Part shown: positions 29,064-38,674 of the stretch, one piece after another
Numbering within the stretch: the stretch's first letter is position 1
How the letters are laid out: the number at the start of each line of letters is the position of its first letter
NCBI GenBank assembly: GCA_048940645.1
Contig: JBHLOI010000003.1
Span: 55,498-119,497 of the forward strand
From: Promethearchaeota archaeon
Lineage (GTDB): Archaea > Asgardarchaeota > Lokiarchaeia > Sigyniarchaeales > SOKP01
DNA length: 64,000 nt
Direction of reading: 5' to 3'
The notes under the pieces: generated by a model
Seen by the model: the letters and a program-made list of their open reading frames with translations, nothing else
Told to the model about the DNA's origin: nothing
Databases searched by the model: none
Translations under genes and position numbers: made by a program

Positions 29064-30335
29064 TTGGTATTTAATAAAATTAAAGAAAGTATTACAAGGA
29101 CATTTTTGGGATTATCTTCTTTTCAAATTCTAGTTATGTTTAGAAGAGGATTGTTTTACACCTATTTATCAATTTATATGAGAGATTTTTTGCTACTTTC
29201 TGTAACAGAAACTACTCTCTATGCTACATTGCCAATGATTATGAGTGTCACATTTCAAAATTTTATATGGGGACCATTATCAGATAAAATCCAACGAAGA
29301 CGGGTATTAATAATCTTAGGGGAAATTATAGCGGGTGGTGGTACCATTTTGGTATGGGGTATTCACTCAATATTCGCAAATCTCTATATTGCGGGTTATA
29401 TTATTATTATTGGATTATCATGTATTGAAATCTTTTGGAGCATGTCTAATATTGGATGGAGTGCACTTATTAGTGATGTTTATTCACCAGAGGATAGAAA
29501 TAGGATAATGGGGCAATTAACCAGTGTTGGCGGACTTGGCCGTATGATTGGAATATTAATAGGAGGTTATCTCTATGATAGTGGTTTAGGCTTTCGCAAT
29601 GGCCCATTGTTTTTTGTAGCTTCATTTGTCATGTTTATTTCAACAATTCCAATGTTACTTGCTCCAGAAGGAGGAAAATATCAAATAGAATTTAAAAAAG
29701 ATGAAATAAACAAAAATAAAAGAAAAAAAAGTAATTATAAGGTTGTTTTCATCATTTTTATAACTGCTTTAGTTTTTATAAATTTCGGCAGGAATAGTAT
29801 TTCTGTTCCCTATTCACAATATTTAGTTTTAGAAAGTGGTTTTAATGTTAATGATATTATGTTAAGTTTTATTGCAAATACTCGCTCCTTAGCAGTGTTA
29901 ACAATCGGATTAATTGCTGGGCTGTTGAGTAAGAAATTAGGTTATTCTAAAACGCTTGTTTTTGGAACTATTTCTGCAATAGTTGCTTTACTAATTACAG
30001 CTCTAAGTTCAAATTTATTTTTAATTTTCGTAGGTAGTTTTTTAATTGGTACTTCTGATGTTATAATTAAAGCAACTTCATATACTATAGCTTCAAAATT
30101 AATCCCTACAAAAATACGTGGGAGGTTATTTGGAGTTTATAACACAACTTTTTTCCTTTCATGGGGCCTAGCATGCACTTTAATAACAGGACCAGTTATA
30201 GACCTCTTAATTTTTAATGGGTTTGGAGAAATTTTTGCATATCAAATCGCTTTTATAGTAGGTGCTTTAATAACTGGAATTGGATTGCTAATATTTGTAT
30301 TATTAGAATTCTGGTTAAAAATTAAAAAAAATTAA
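29064..30335 (+). CDS. MFS transporter
   Basis: 12 TM pattern; motif A GPLSDKIQRRR; RGRLFG in the second half. Confidence 0.92.
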   Translation: MVFNKIKESITRTFLGLSSFQILVMFRRGLFYTYLSIYMRDFLLLSVTETTLYATLPMIMSVTFQNFIWGPLSDKIQRRRVLIILGEIIAGGGTILVWGIHSIFANLYIAGYIIIIGLSCIEIFWSMSNIGWSALISDVYSPEDRNRIMGQLTSVGGLGRMIGILIGGYLYDSGLGFRNGPLFFVASFVMFISTIPMLLAPEGGKYQIEFKKDEINKNKRKKSNYKVVFIIFITALVFINFGRNSISVPYSQYLVLESGFNVNDIMLSFIANTRSLAVLTIGLIAGLLSKKLGYSKTLVFGTISAIVALLITALSSNLFLIFVGSFLIGTSDVIIKATSYTIASKLIPTKIRGRLFGVYNTTFFLSWGLACTLITGPVIDLLIFNGFGEIFAYQIAFIVGALITGIGLLIFVLLEFWLKIKKN

Positions 30336-30355
30336 AAAAAAATATTTTTGATAGT

Positions 30356-33300
30356 TTATTCAACTATATTCATCGGCTTACCATGATGCTCAGGAATGGG
30401 TTGTGTTCCACATGAGCTTCCCATCCAGCATACTAGCTGATTTGCTTCCCCATGCATGGGTTTACCACAATGCATTGGAATTTCTTGTTCAAATCCACAT
30501 TCTTCACATACTAATTTTCCCATTTTTTTATCAACTTCTTTTTTATTATTAATTTTTTCTTTAACAGTATGAGTATCACTTTCGGCTTTTGTGTACTTTT
30601 CAGGATTCAGTTTAAATTCAGTTACACATGATTGATTGCAGAAATAATATTTCATTCCATTGTATTCATATTCAATCCAATCTTCAGCTTTGCCTTTCAT
30701 ACCACATACTGGATCTATTACAAGATCTTCTTCAATTATTCCTTTCTGCATTAATTTGGGATCTATATGGTTAAAGTCTTTGTATTTTTCGGGATCATGT
30801 TTAAATTCTGATTCACATGAAGCACTACAGAAATAATATGTTTCTCCTTTGTACTTATATTCAATTGAATGGCTTGGAATGATTTGCATACCGCATATCG
30901 GGTCTATTACTTTTTTTTCTCGTAATGATCTTTCTTCTTCAAGTTGTTGTTCTGTTTTGGGTTCAAATCTTTTAAGAAAAAGAGCATTGGTTACAACTGA
31001 AACGGAGCTGGTTGCCATAAAAACTGCTGCTAAATAGGGAGGTAAGAAAAATCCCGTAAAAGCATACAATAACCCAGCTGCAATTGGTATTCCAATAAGA
31101 TTATAAATGAAAGCCCAAAATAGGTTCGTTATCATTTTTTTATAAGTTTTTTTAGAGAGATTAATTGCTGATACGACATTTCTTAAGTCTCCTCTCATAA
31201 GCACGATGTCAGCAGTCTCAATAGCGACATCGGTTCCAGATCCAATAGCAATTCCTACATCTGCTTGAGCTAATGCAGGAGCATCGTTTATACCATCACC
31301 CACCATCCCAACAATTTTATGATCTCCAGATTTTTGCAATTCCTGAATAGTTAGAGCTTTCTCATTTGGTAAAACTTCTGATAATATATGTTTTTCATCA
31401 ATTTTTAGCTCTTTTCCAATACTAAAAGCAGTTTGCTTATTATCGCCTGTTAACATGTAAATATCTAAGCCCATTTCTCGTAATTTATCTAAAGCATAAG
31501 GCGTTTGATCTTTTATTTTATCAGAAATTCCTATTATCCCTCTAACTACTTTATCAATACTTATTAAAATTGTAGTTACACCTTGTTGCTGAAATTCATT
31601 AAATTTAAAATTGTATTCTTTAATTGAGATGCCATTATCTACCATTAATTTATCATTTCCAATCAAAACTGTTTTTCCTTTAATAGTTGTTTTGATTCCT
31701 TTCCCCGGAATTGCATCAAATTCTATTGGTGATTCAAGAGATAGACCTCTTTGATTTGCCTCTTCGATTATAGCACGTCCCAGAGGGTGTTCAGAACCCA
31801 TTTCTGCGCTTCCAGCATAAAATAATAAATCATTGTCATTATACCCCGAACCATTTAATTCTTTTTCGGTAAACATTATTGAAACTTTCGGTTTGCCTAT
31901 AGTTAAGGTTCCTGTCTTATCAAACACAATTGTATTAATAGCATTAATAGATTCTAGTGAATCGCCTCCTTTGATTAAAAGTCCGCTTTCAGCACCTTTT
32001 CCCGTACCAACCATTACAGCTGTTGGAATCGCGAGTCCTAAAGCACAAGGACATGCAATAACTACTACTGAAGTAAACACTAATAAGGATGTTTCAAGTT
32101 TAGTAGCTTGAAGTGACGAAAATATATTAGTCCCAATAAAATACCAATAAAGAAATGAGCTGATCGCTATGATAATAACTAATGGTACAAAATAATTACT
32201 AACCTTGTCAGCTAATTGTTGTTTGGCTGCTTTCCTACTCTGAGCTTGTTTTACAAAATCTATGATTTGAAATAATAATGAATCTTTTCCTATTTTCTCG
32301 GTTACTATATGAATTAATCCCGTCTGATTCACTGTTGCTCCAATTACTTCACTATCAATTTCTTTTTTGACATATTTACTTTCACCGGTAATCATTGATT
32401 CATCTACTTTAGTTTTCCCTTTAATGATTTTTCCATCTACAGGAATTTTTTCCCCAGGTCTTACTATTAATATATCTCCCACTTCAATTTCTTCTACGGG
32501 AATTTCTATTTCTTTGTTTCCTTTTAGGATGGTCGCAGTTTTTGGTTGCAAGCCGATTAACTTCTTTATTGCTTCAGATGTTTGTCCCTTAGTTTTATGT
32601 TCAAGGTATTTCCCAACTAGTAAGAAGGAAGTTATCATACTCATTGCTTCGTAAAAAGTTCTTCCTGATATAAAAAATGTTGTTAAAATAGAATAGATAA
32701 GTGCTGTAGTGGTACCTAAAGCGACCAAAACATCCATATTAGTAGATTTGTTCTTTAAAGATTTATATGCTCCAATTAAAAAGAAAGAGCCAGAAATAAG
32801 AAAGTTAGCAATTGCGAGAAAGAAAAGGACTAAATTTCTCTCGAATGATGTTGGTACAAACCAACTAATAGGGGTAATAAGTATTGAAAATGCTAGCGAA
32901 ATTAACATAATACGTAAGCGATACCTCATTTCTTTCTTGTGTTGTATAATTTCCATGTCCATTACTCCAGCAGATTTTTCGATATTATAGCCGAATTGTT
33001 TTACTTTAGAATATACTTCATTTTCTCCAATTATTAATTCATTAAATTCAATGAACATCTTAGAAGCTTTATAGTTCCCTCTGATATCATATATTCCTCG
33101 GATATATTTTATGTTATTAATGAAATTTTCAAATTCGCTTTCAGAAAGCTTATCTAAAACTTTCAAATCGATTTTAGCCAATGATGCCTTATATCCAAGA
33201 TCCTGAATTGCATCTTTAAAAGCAGTAAAATCAATAGTTTTTGAATCATAATCAACTGTAGCTTCCTCATTTGCAAAGTTAACTACTGCTTTGTTGACCC

Positions 33301-33397
33301 CTTCAAGACTATTTAACTTAGTTTCGATCTTTAAAGCGCAATTAGCACATGTCATTCCACCTAATTTAATATTTATATTTTCTTTAGTTTCTGCCAT
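30356..33397 (-). CDS. copA: Cu(I)-translocating P1B-type ATPase with extended C-terminal metal-binding domains
   Basis: [34 protein letters not shown] and MxxSS; two YHS domains and a Cys/His tail. Confidence 0.95.
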   Translation of the reverse strand: MAETKENINIKLGGMTCANCALKIETKLNSLEGVNKAVVNFANEEATVDYDSKTIDFTAFKDAIQDLGYKASLAKIDLKVLDKLSESEFENFINNIKYIRGIYDIRGNYKASKMFIEFNELIIGENEVYSKVKQFGYNIEKSAGVMDMEIIQHKKEMRYRLRIMLISLAFSILITPISWFVPTSFERNLVLFFLAIANFLISGSFFLIGAYKSLKNKSTNMDVLVALGTTTALIYSILTTFFISGRTFYEAMSMITSFLLVGKYLEHKTKGQTSEAIKKLIGLQPKTATILKGNKEIEIPVEEIEVGDILIVRPGEKIPVDGKIIKGKTKVDESMITGESKYVKKEIDSEVIGATVNQTGLIHIVTEKIGKDSLLFQIIDFVKQAQSRKAAKQQLADKVSNYFVPLVIIIAISSFLYWYFIGTNIFSSLQATKLETSLLVFTSVVVIACPCALGLAIPTAVMVGTGKGAESGLLIKGGDSLESINAINTIVFDKTGTLTIGKPKVSIMFTEKELNGSGYNDNDLLFYAGSAEMGSEHPLGRAIIEEANQRGLSLESPIEFDAIPGKGIKTTIKGKTVLIGNDKLMVDNGISIKEYNFKFNEFQQQGVTTILISIDKVVRGIIGISDKIKDQTPYALDKLREMGLDIYMLTGDNKQTAFSIGKELKIDEKHILSEVLPNEKALTIQELQKSGDHKIVGMVGDGINDAPALAQADVGIAIGSGTDVAIETADIVLMRGDLRNVVSAINLSKKTYKKMITNLFWAFIYNLIGIPIAAGLLYAFTGFFLPPYLAAVFMATSSVSVVTNALFLKRFEPKTEQQLEEERSLREKKVIDPICGMQIIPSHSIEYKYKGETYYFCSASCESEFKHDPEKYKDFNHIDPKLMQKGIIEEDLVIDPVCGMKGKAEDWIEYEYNGMKYYFCNQSCVTEFKLNPEKYTKAESDTHTVKEKINNKKEVDKKMGKLVCEECGFEQEIPMHCGKPMHGEANQLVCWMGSSCGTQPIPEHHGKPMNIVE

Positions 33398-33556
33398 GAA
33401 AAATCACCTATTTCTCATACTTTTTATTACCAAAAATGATAATTATATTTTTTGTTTATATTTTGTAAATTATCTTCTTGTTGTTTTCAAGGTAGTAATT
33501 TTTAATTGATGAATATTATAGAGCTTCAAGTTTTGGTAAAAAAATTGAAACTTAAA

Positions 33557-33874
33557 TCATATTTCTTCTCCACAATACGGGCAAAATTTAACAGAATTAT
33601 CATCCAATTTTTGTCCACAATTATGGCAAAAATTTGCGTTGTTTGAACCAATTACCTTAGTATCGGTTAAATTAGAACTTGGCTTATGGTTTACATGCTT
33701 TTCGTTTTCTAGTAGACTCTGTGAATTGGGTTGGTTACTATAATGAAGGAAAAAGTATATTAAGATAATTATTGATAAAAGGATAACCACTATTCCTAAA
33801 ATTATATAAAACCAATTTCCGAATTCCATATCCATCATATGATACCCGCTATAATCATACTCATGAAACATCAT
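33557..33874 (-). CDS. Single-TM protein with Met/His-rich N-terminus and C-terminal zinc ribbon
   Basis: MMFHEYDYSGYHMMDM, TM helix, CHNCG...CPYCG; upstream of copA. Confidence 0.8.
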   Translation of the reverse strand: MMFHEYDYSGYHMMDMEFGNWFYIILGIVVILLSIIILIYFFLHYSNQPNSQSLLENEKHVNHKPSSNLTDTKVIGSNNANFCHNCGQKLDDNSVKFCPYCGEEI

Positions 33875-33908
33875 TTAACCACCTTGATTTAAAAAATATT
33901 ATTATATG

Positions 33909-33930
33909 ATATATACTGGAAAGTATATAT
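33909..33930. promoter_or_regulatory. Perfect inverted repeat, candidate operator of the copper locus
   Basis: ATATATACT-GGAA-AGTATATAT between the divergent cop genes and their regulator. Confidence 0.6.
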
Positions 33931-34003
33931 TTAAACATATCTATTATAATATATATACAAGATTTTTATATCTTACTTAATCATTATTTACTTGTCCTAA
34001 TTA

Positions 34004-34459
34004 GTGATTTCTATTATGAATGAAGAAGATGAAATTAAAGTTCAAAGTTTATCAAGATTTTTTATACTAATGTTGTTAAAATCAGAAGAATCTATTACAG
34101 GTTATTCTATTTTAAAACGACTTGATAAAGATTTACATACAACTGCCAGTCCCACTTATGTCTATGATTTCTTAAAAAAGTTAAAGGAAGAGGGATATAT
34201 TGAGGATATGCCAACCCCAAAATCAAAAAGATCTAAAGGTTATAAATTAACTTCTTCTGGGATTGCTTTTACTGATAGAATTTTTTCTAGATTTAATAAC
34301 TTAATTGAAGTTGCGATCCAATCAAAATTAAAAGTATGTGCGAGCTGTGGAGTGAAACTTTATGAAGATTTTCATGTAGAAACTATTCATGGAAAAGAAA
34401 TGAATTTTTGTTGTATTCATTGTGCAAAAGCGTACTTAGGTTCTCACCATAAAACATGA
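34004..34459 (+). CDS. PadR-type wHTH regulator with C-terminal TRASH metal-binding domain
   Basis: TGYSILKRL...SPTYVYDFLKKLKEEGYI...YKLTSSG; CASCG...FCCIHC. Confidence 0.88.
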   Translation: MISIMNEEDEIKVQSLSRFFILMLLKSEESITGYSILKRLDKDLHTTASPTYVYDFLKKLKEEGYIEDMPTPKSKRSKGYKLTSSGIAFTDRIFSRFNNLIEVAIQSKLKVCASCGVKLYEDFHVETIHGKEMNFCCIHCAKAYLGSHHKT

Positions 34460-34515
34460 TTTTATTATATGATATGTGCTAGAATTTTTTTGAAAGACAT
34501 ATAAAAGGAGATTAT

Positions 34516-34899
34516 TTATTTCTTTTTTCGTTCCCTATATTTCTTAATTGCATCATGTAAGGCATCAGCAGCTAGATTACTACAATGCATTTTTATAGGG
34601 GGAAGACCATCTAATGAACCTGCTACATCATCTCTAGTTATTTTAATAGCCTCTTCTAAGGTTTTACCTCTTGCTAACTCAGTTATCATCGAGGAAGTCG
34701 CTATTGCTGCCGCACATCCAAAGGTTTGAAACGAGATATCTTCAAGAATTTCTTTATTTCCCTCTTTTTTCACTTTAATGTATATGAACATCAAATCCCC
34801 ACAAACTGGATTACCATACTCCCCTACGGCATCTGCATCTTTCATTTCTCCCATATTTCGGGGATTTCTGAAATGATCCATCACTTTTTCTGAGTAAAT
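34516..34899 (-). CDS. iscU: Fe-S scaffold IscU/NifU (probable ATT start at 34899; ORF track uses GTG at 34884)
   Basis: (I)YSEKVMDHFRNPRN, GNPVCGD, FGCAAA, LPPIKMHCS. Confidence 0.95.
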   Translation of the reverse strand: MYSEKVMDHFRNPRNMGEMKDADAVGEYGNPVCGDLMFIYIKVKKEGNKEILEDISFQTFGCAAAIATSSMITELARGKTLEEAIKITRDDVAGSLDGLPPIKMHCSNLAADALHDAIKKYRERKKK

Positions 34900-34987
34900 G
34901 TAGAATCAACTTGAGAATTATTAATTCGATATCTAATTAAGAATTATTAAACTAAGTTTTTAATAGTTATTCTTAGATGTAAAAAGT

Positions 34988-37309
34988 CTAATTTAATATT
35001 GTAAGTTTTCTCTTTTTTGGTAAAGATACTTTTTCAACGCCGAGTTCTTTAACGTAATCTACTATATCAATTAATTTTTTAGCAGACTGATGGAAAAAGC
35101 AAACTTCTTTTGGTTCAAGGGTCTTTATCATTTCAGTTAATTGATTCTTGTCAGCATGTAGTTTTATTTTTAGAGAGGGAACAAATGTATTGATTAGAAA
35201 TGCTCTAAATGGAACCTTCCACGTCTCTGAGAATAGAATTTCATTACTCCCATCGATTAAATCCTCACCAGGTTTTTCATTGATTGAGCCTGCAAGAAAT
35301 ACTAGATTATGCGGATTACGCCCAATTATATTGATAATATTTCTAATGATTCCATATGAAAGATCTGGAGGATGTGAGATTATGATATTATTCTTCTTTC
35401 TTAAAAAGTCTAAATCTTCAAGATCAAACCATCTAAATTTAATACTGTTAAATGGGTTTGCTTTTTCACTTATTAAATTTGATATGGGTCCATATATATA
35501 CTCATATCTATGATTAATTACCTGAATATTTTTCCGTACCATCATATCTACATAAATATTGGGGCGCTTTTTGAAACCTTTTCTTAATTGTAATTTCCTA
35601 AAATATCTCCAAAAGATCAGCATAAAAGTAATAGCTAAGCTTGATGGATCCGCGCCAATTAGGACATTATCTTCATACTCTGCTTTTTGCTCTAAAAATA
35701 GAATAAGACTATGAAATTGCTCTGATAAGTTACCATAATCTTCACTAGCACTAGTTCCATCAATTAAGAGATAATCAATAGGACGTGATATTTGTCCTAA
35801 AAATCTTCTTGTCCCTGCAAATGGTGTAATGTCATGGTAAGTATAATCTCCAGTATATAAAAATCTAAAATCTTTTACTTTTGCAAGAAGCATCAAGGCA
35901 CCAGGCATGTGACCTGCATGATAAAAAGAAAGATAACATCCTTTTTCCTTAAACTTTAATTTTGTCCCATTTTCAACATAAATTACATTTTTTACGACAT
36001 TTCGATATTCTTCTTCTTCAATTTCTTCATGAGATTCTTGTTTTAAAAAATTGGAATCTCTGAGTAGATATAAATCTAAAGAAATTCTCGAACACAAAAT
36101 TGGAACTTCAGGATACATCCTAATTAATTCCTTTAAACCAGAAACATGATCATAGTGGCTATGAGAAAGGAAGATCGCATCAATTTTTGTTTCACTAATA
36201 ATGTTATTTTTTTCTTTTTCAAATTCAATATAATTTTCTAATTTTTCATGAGAGGATATAATATCCGCAATTTCATTTTCTGATTTTCTTCTTAATTCTT
36301 CATTTATTATCTCATTTAGATTTTGTAAATAATATTCGATATGTCGCAAATCTCCTTCAATGTCTTCTTCTTCATTTGGCTCGGTTAATCCACAATCCAA
36401 AAGAATATTTAAACTTCCTATGCCTAAGATATGACAATTATGATTTGGTTTAAGAATTATAGGATAAATTGTTATTCGAGCATTATTCACATTAGCTGGA
36501 CTATTTATAATAGAAATTTCATTGAAATAAGTTTCTTCATACTTCTTCTCTATTTTATCAATAGCGATGGAGATTTCACTATCACCAACCGGAATTCCTG
36601 TTATATAAAAATACCAGCCATAATTTCTTACCATTTCCTCAAGATTTTCATACATGATATCTCCAATCAGTGATTTGATGACAATAACTCTTTCTTCTTG
36701 ATAATAAATTATTTTTTTAATAGATTTCTTCTCTTTATGAGGGATTTTGTTATTCTTAAGAAAAAAGTCATCTAAAACATTATTGAATGGAATTTGATCT
36801 ATATTTTTAGATTCCATAAGCTTTTTGTAATGAAAATATTCTTTAGTGTTATAGAGAGAACGCATGTTGTGCTTTTCTTTGATGGTAATGGAGTGGTCAT
36901 CATATTGGTAAGTTTCAGTGCTAACTGTAATTTCTTCCTTTTTTAATTGCTTTTTCTTTTCCTTTTGTTTCTTATCTGATTTTGCTATATAAAAAAACCA
37001 ACCATAATTTTGAATTAGTTTGTCTCGATTATATATAATATCTTTTCCTGATTTTGTAATAATAATTATAATCCGGTCTTCTTGACAATAAATAACTTTA
37101 GAGACGGAATTTTTAGTTTTCTTGGAAATTAAACTATTTCTTAAAAAGAGATGATCTATTACTTCTTTTATCGGTTTTTGAGGAATTTTTTTTTGTTTCA
37201 TTAATTTTAGTTTATCTTTATATGATCTTATTTTAAAAGAAGAATCTAATTCTTCCTTTTTTTGCAAAATAATTGATTTATTAAAAAAATTTAATTCCTC
37301 ATCAACCAT
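34988..37309 (-). CDS. Divergent beta-CASP ribonuclease (aCPSF1-related) with duplicated N-terminal KH-like domain
   Basis: LLDCG, SHSHYDH, AGHMPGA, YTGDY, LHAD and C-terminal His; two similar N-terminal units ending NYGWxFYI. Confidence 0.82.
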   Translation of the reverse strand: MVDEELNFFNKSIILQKKEELDSSFKIRSYKDKLKLMKQKKIPQKPIKEVIDHLFLRNSLISKKTKNSVSKVIYCQEDRIIIIITKSGKDIIYNRDKLIQNYGWFFYIAKSDKKQKEKKKQLKKEEITVSTETYQYDDHSITIKEKHNMRSLYNTKEYFHYKKLMESKNIDQIPFNNVLDDFFLKNNKIPHKEKKSIKKIIYYQEERVIVIKSLIGDIMYENLEEMVRNYGWYFYITGIPVGDSEISIAIDKIEKKYEETYFNEISIINSPANVNNARITIYPIILKPNHNCHILGIGSLNILLDCGLTEPNEEEDIEGDLRHIEYYLQNLNEIINEELRRKSENEIADIISSHEKLENYIEFEKEKNNIISETKIDAIFLSHSHYDHVSGLKELIRMYPEVPILCSRISLDLYLLRDSNFLKQESHEEIEEEEYRNVVKNVIYVENGTKLKFKEKGCYLSFYHAGHMPGALMLLAKVKDFRFLYTGDYTYHDITPFAGTRRFLGQISRPIDYLLIDGTSASEDYGNLSEQFHSLILFLEQKAEYEDNVLIGADPSSLAITFMLIFWRYFRKLQLRKGFKKRPNIYVDMMVRKNIQVINHRYEYIYGPISNLISEKANPFNSIKFRWFDLEDLDFLRKKNNIIISHPPDLSYGIIRNIINIIGRNPHNLVFLAGSINEKPGEDLIDGSNEILFSETWKVPFRAFLINTFVPSLKIKLHADKNQLTEMIKTLEPKEVCFFHQSAKKLIDIVDYVKELGVEKVSLPKKRKLTILN

Positions 37310-37425
37310 TAATTAATTCAAATCACCTTATCAAAAAATTCTTACGAATTTTCATAGTTCCTATTAAAATTAATTATTTAAAGTTTTATTAATAGATTTG
37401 TAATCTACCTTACATCTTCTAAATA

Positions 37426-37487
37426 ATTATCAGGGAACCTGTCCGCTTGGAGGAAAGTTACGACTGTTAACTGATTGTCCTTGACAA
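37426..37487. ncRNA. Candidate structured small RNA or cis-element
   Basis: GC-rich island in AT-rich intergenic DNA; TCAGGGA/TCCTTGA terminal stem followed by ACA; inner AGTTA/TAACT stem. Confidence 0.3.
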
Positions 37488-37511
37488 ATGGAAACAAAAG
37501 TTTTTGTATTA

Positions 37512-37721
37512 TTAGATGTTAAGTAAAGCTATAATTAGCGATATCATTATAATCAAAATAAATCCCATTATAAATATTAATACTTCTTGTTCAGTTAAAG
37601 GCTGTTTTAATTCTGCGATTATTGTTTTTATTAAAATTACTAATGTTATAGTAAATAATGTTATCAATATTAAAATTAATAGAGTGTCTGATGAGGCGTT
37701 TTGTTGTATCAAAAAGAACAT
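37512..37721 (-). CDS. Small two-TM membrane protein
   Basis: 69 aa with two hydrophobic helices; co-oriented downstream of mobA. Confidence 0.6.
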   Translation of the reverse strand: MFFLIQQNASSDTLLILILITLFTITLVILIKTIIAELKQPLTEQEVLIFIMGFILIIMISLIIALLNI

Positions 37722-37751
37722 ACTTCTTCTCAGTAAGGCTTTTTAAGATAT

Positions 37752-38420
37752 TTATTGATATAATTTCGTTAATTTCACTAAATCTATTGGTCCCTTAATA
37801 TTGATTAAACTTACTAAATTTTTATCTAAAGGTTGGATTTTTTCTTCAACTGAGATATAATTAATGCTCCAGCTTTTATCGATTAAGTTAAGTAATCCAT
37901 AATTCTCAGTCATGAGAATTTCCTTTGCTTTTTGAAAACCTTTCTCTACGGGATATATAGCAAAATAAGGCTCTAAAAATCCATTTTCCCATCTTGGCAA
38001 TACACATTCATAACCATCAGATTGCCTTATCATATATTCTATGACTCCTGGCTTAATTAAAGGCATGTCACAAGATAAAACAAATGCCTTTTCAAAACCT
38101 TGTCTCAACAATTCTTTAAAACCCGAGTAAATTCCTAACATAGGTTTATAGATTTTAGGATAGTTAAATATCTCGCGATCATCAACAATAAATGTAATTT
38201 CTCTTGGAAATTCAATTTGCTGTTTATAGTTAAATATTTGTTCATCCGAGTGAGCAACTGCGAAAATATCCTGATCGAATTTAGATAAGGTTTCTATTTG
38301 GTGTAAAATTAAGGGCTTTCCAAATAATTCTACAACTGCTCTTTCAGTACCAAATCGTGTACTTTTTCCTCCAATCAATATTAGAATTGCTAAATATTTT
38401 GGATTATCTAATTTCGACAT
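37752..38420 (-). CDS. mobA: Molybdenum cofactor guanylyltransferase
   Basis: ILIGGKSTRFG, PMLGIYSG, SCDMP, LEPYFAIY, NI. Confidence 0.88.
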   Translation of the reverse strand: MSKLDNPKYLAILILIGGKSTRFGTERAVVELFGKPLILHQIETLSKFDQDIFAVAHSDEQIFNYKQQIEFPREITFIVDDREIFNYPKIYKPMLGIYSGFKELLRQGFEKAFVLSCDMPLIKPGVIEYMIRQSDGYECVLPRWENGFLEPYFAIYPVEKGFQKAKEILMTENYGLLNLIDKSWSINYISVEEKIQPLDKNLVSLINIKGPIDLVKLTKLYQ

Positions 38421-38530
38421 CTAATAACACTATATTCCTTACCATTAAATTTCTTTTCTAAAAAAAGAATCTTTATAAAAAATTTTAATTTGATTAGAGT
38501 TTAATTATCAGCGAATTCTTTTTAAATTAA

Positions 38531-38674
38531 TTAATAATCATCTTCATCCCAATCTTCGTCTTCATCAATATCCTCATCTTCATCCCAATCTTCGTCTTCA
38601 TCAATATCCTCATCTTCATCCCAGTCTTCATCCTCTTCATCTTTTTTTAATCCTATTTCATATTCATTATTCAC
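38531..38674 (-). CDS. 47-aa hyperacidic Trp-repeat peptide, not in the ORF track
   Basis: GTG start after AAGGAGCTGA SD; MNNEYEIGLKKDEEDEDWDEDEDIDEDEDWDEDEDIDEDEDWDEDDY-TAA. Confidence 0.8.
   Translation of the reverse strand: MNNEYEIGLKKDEEDEDWDEDEDIDEDEDWDEDEDIDEDEDWDEDDY
38538..38632. repeat. 36-bp coding tandem repeat (about 2.6 copies)
   Basis: TCATCTTCATCCCAATCTTCGTCTTCATCAATATCC at 38538-38573 and 38574-38609, plus a partial third copy. Confidence 0.92.

Noticed and set aside
37448-37512. RNase P RNA (GAGGAAAGT and AACAAAA resemble conserved regions I and V)
   Set aside because: The motifs are only ~40 nt apart, far too short, and the P4 pairing is imperfect.
38538-38632. 36-bp repeat as a CRISPR array
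   Set aside because: Copies are contiguous with no spacers, length is a multiple of 3 and the repeat is in frame in an ORF; no cas genes.
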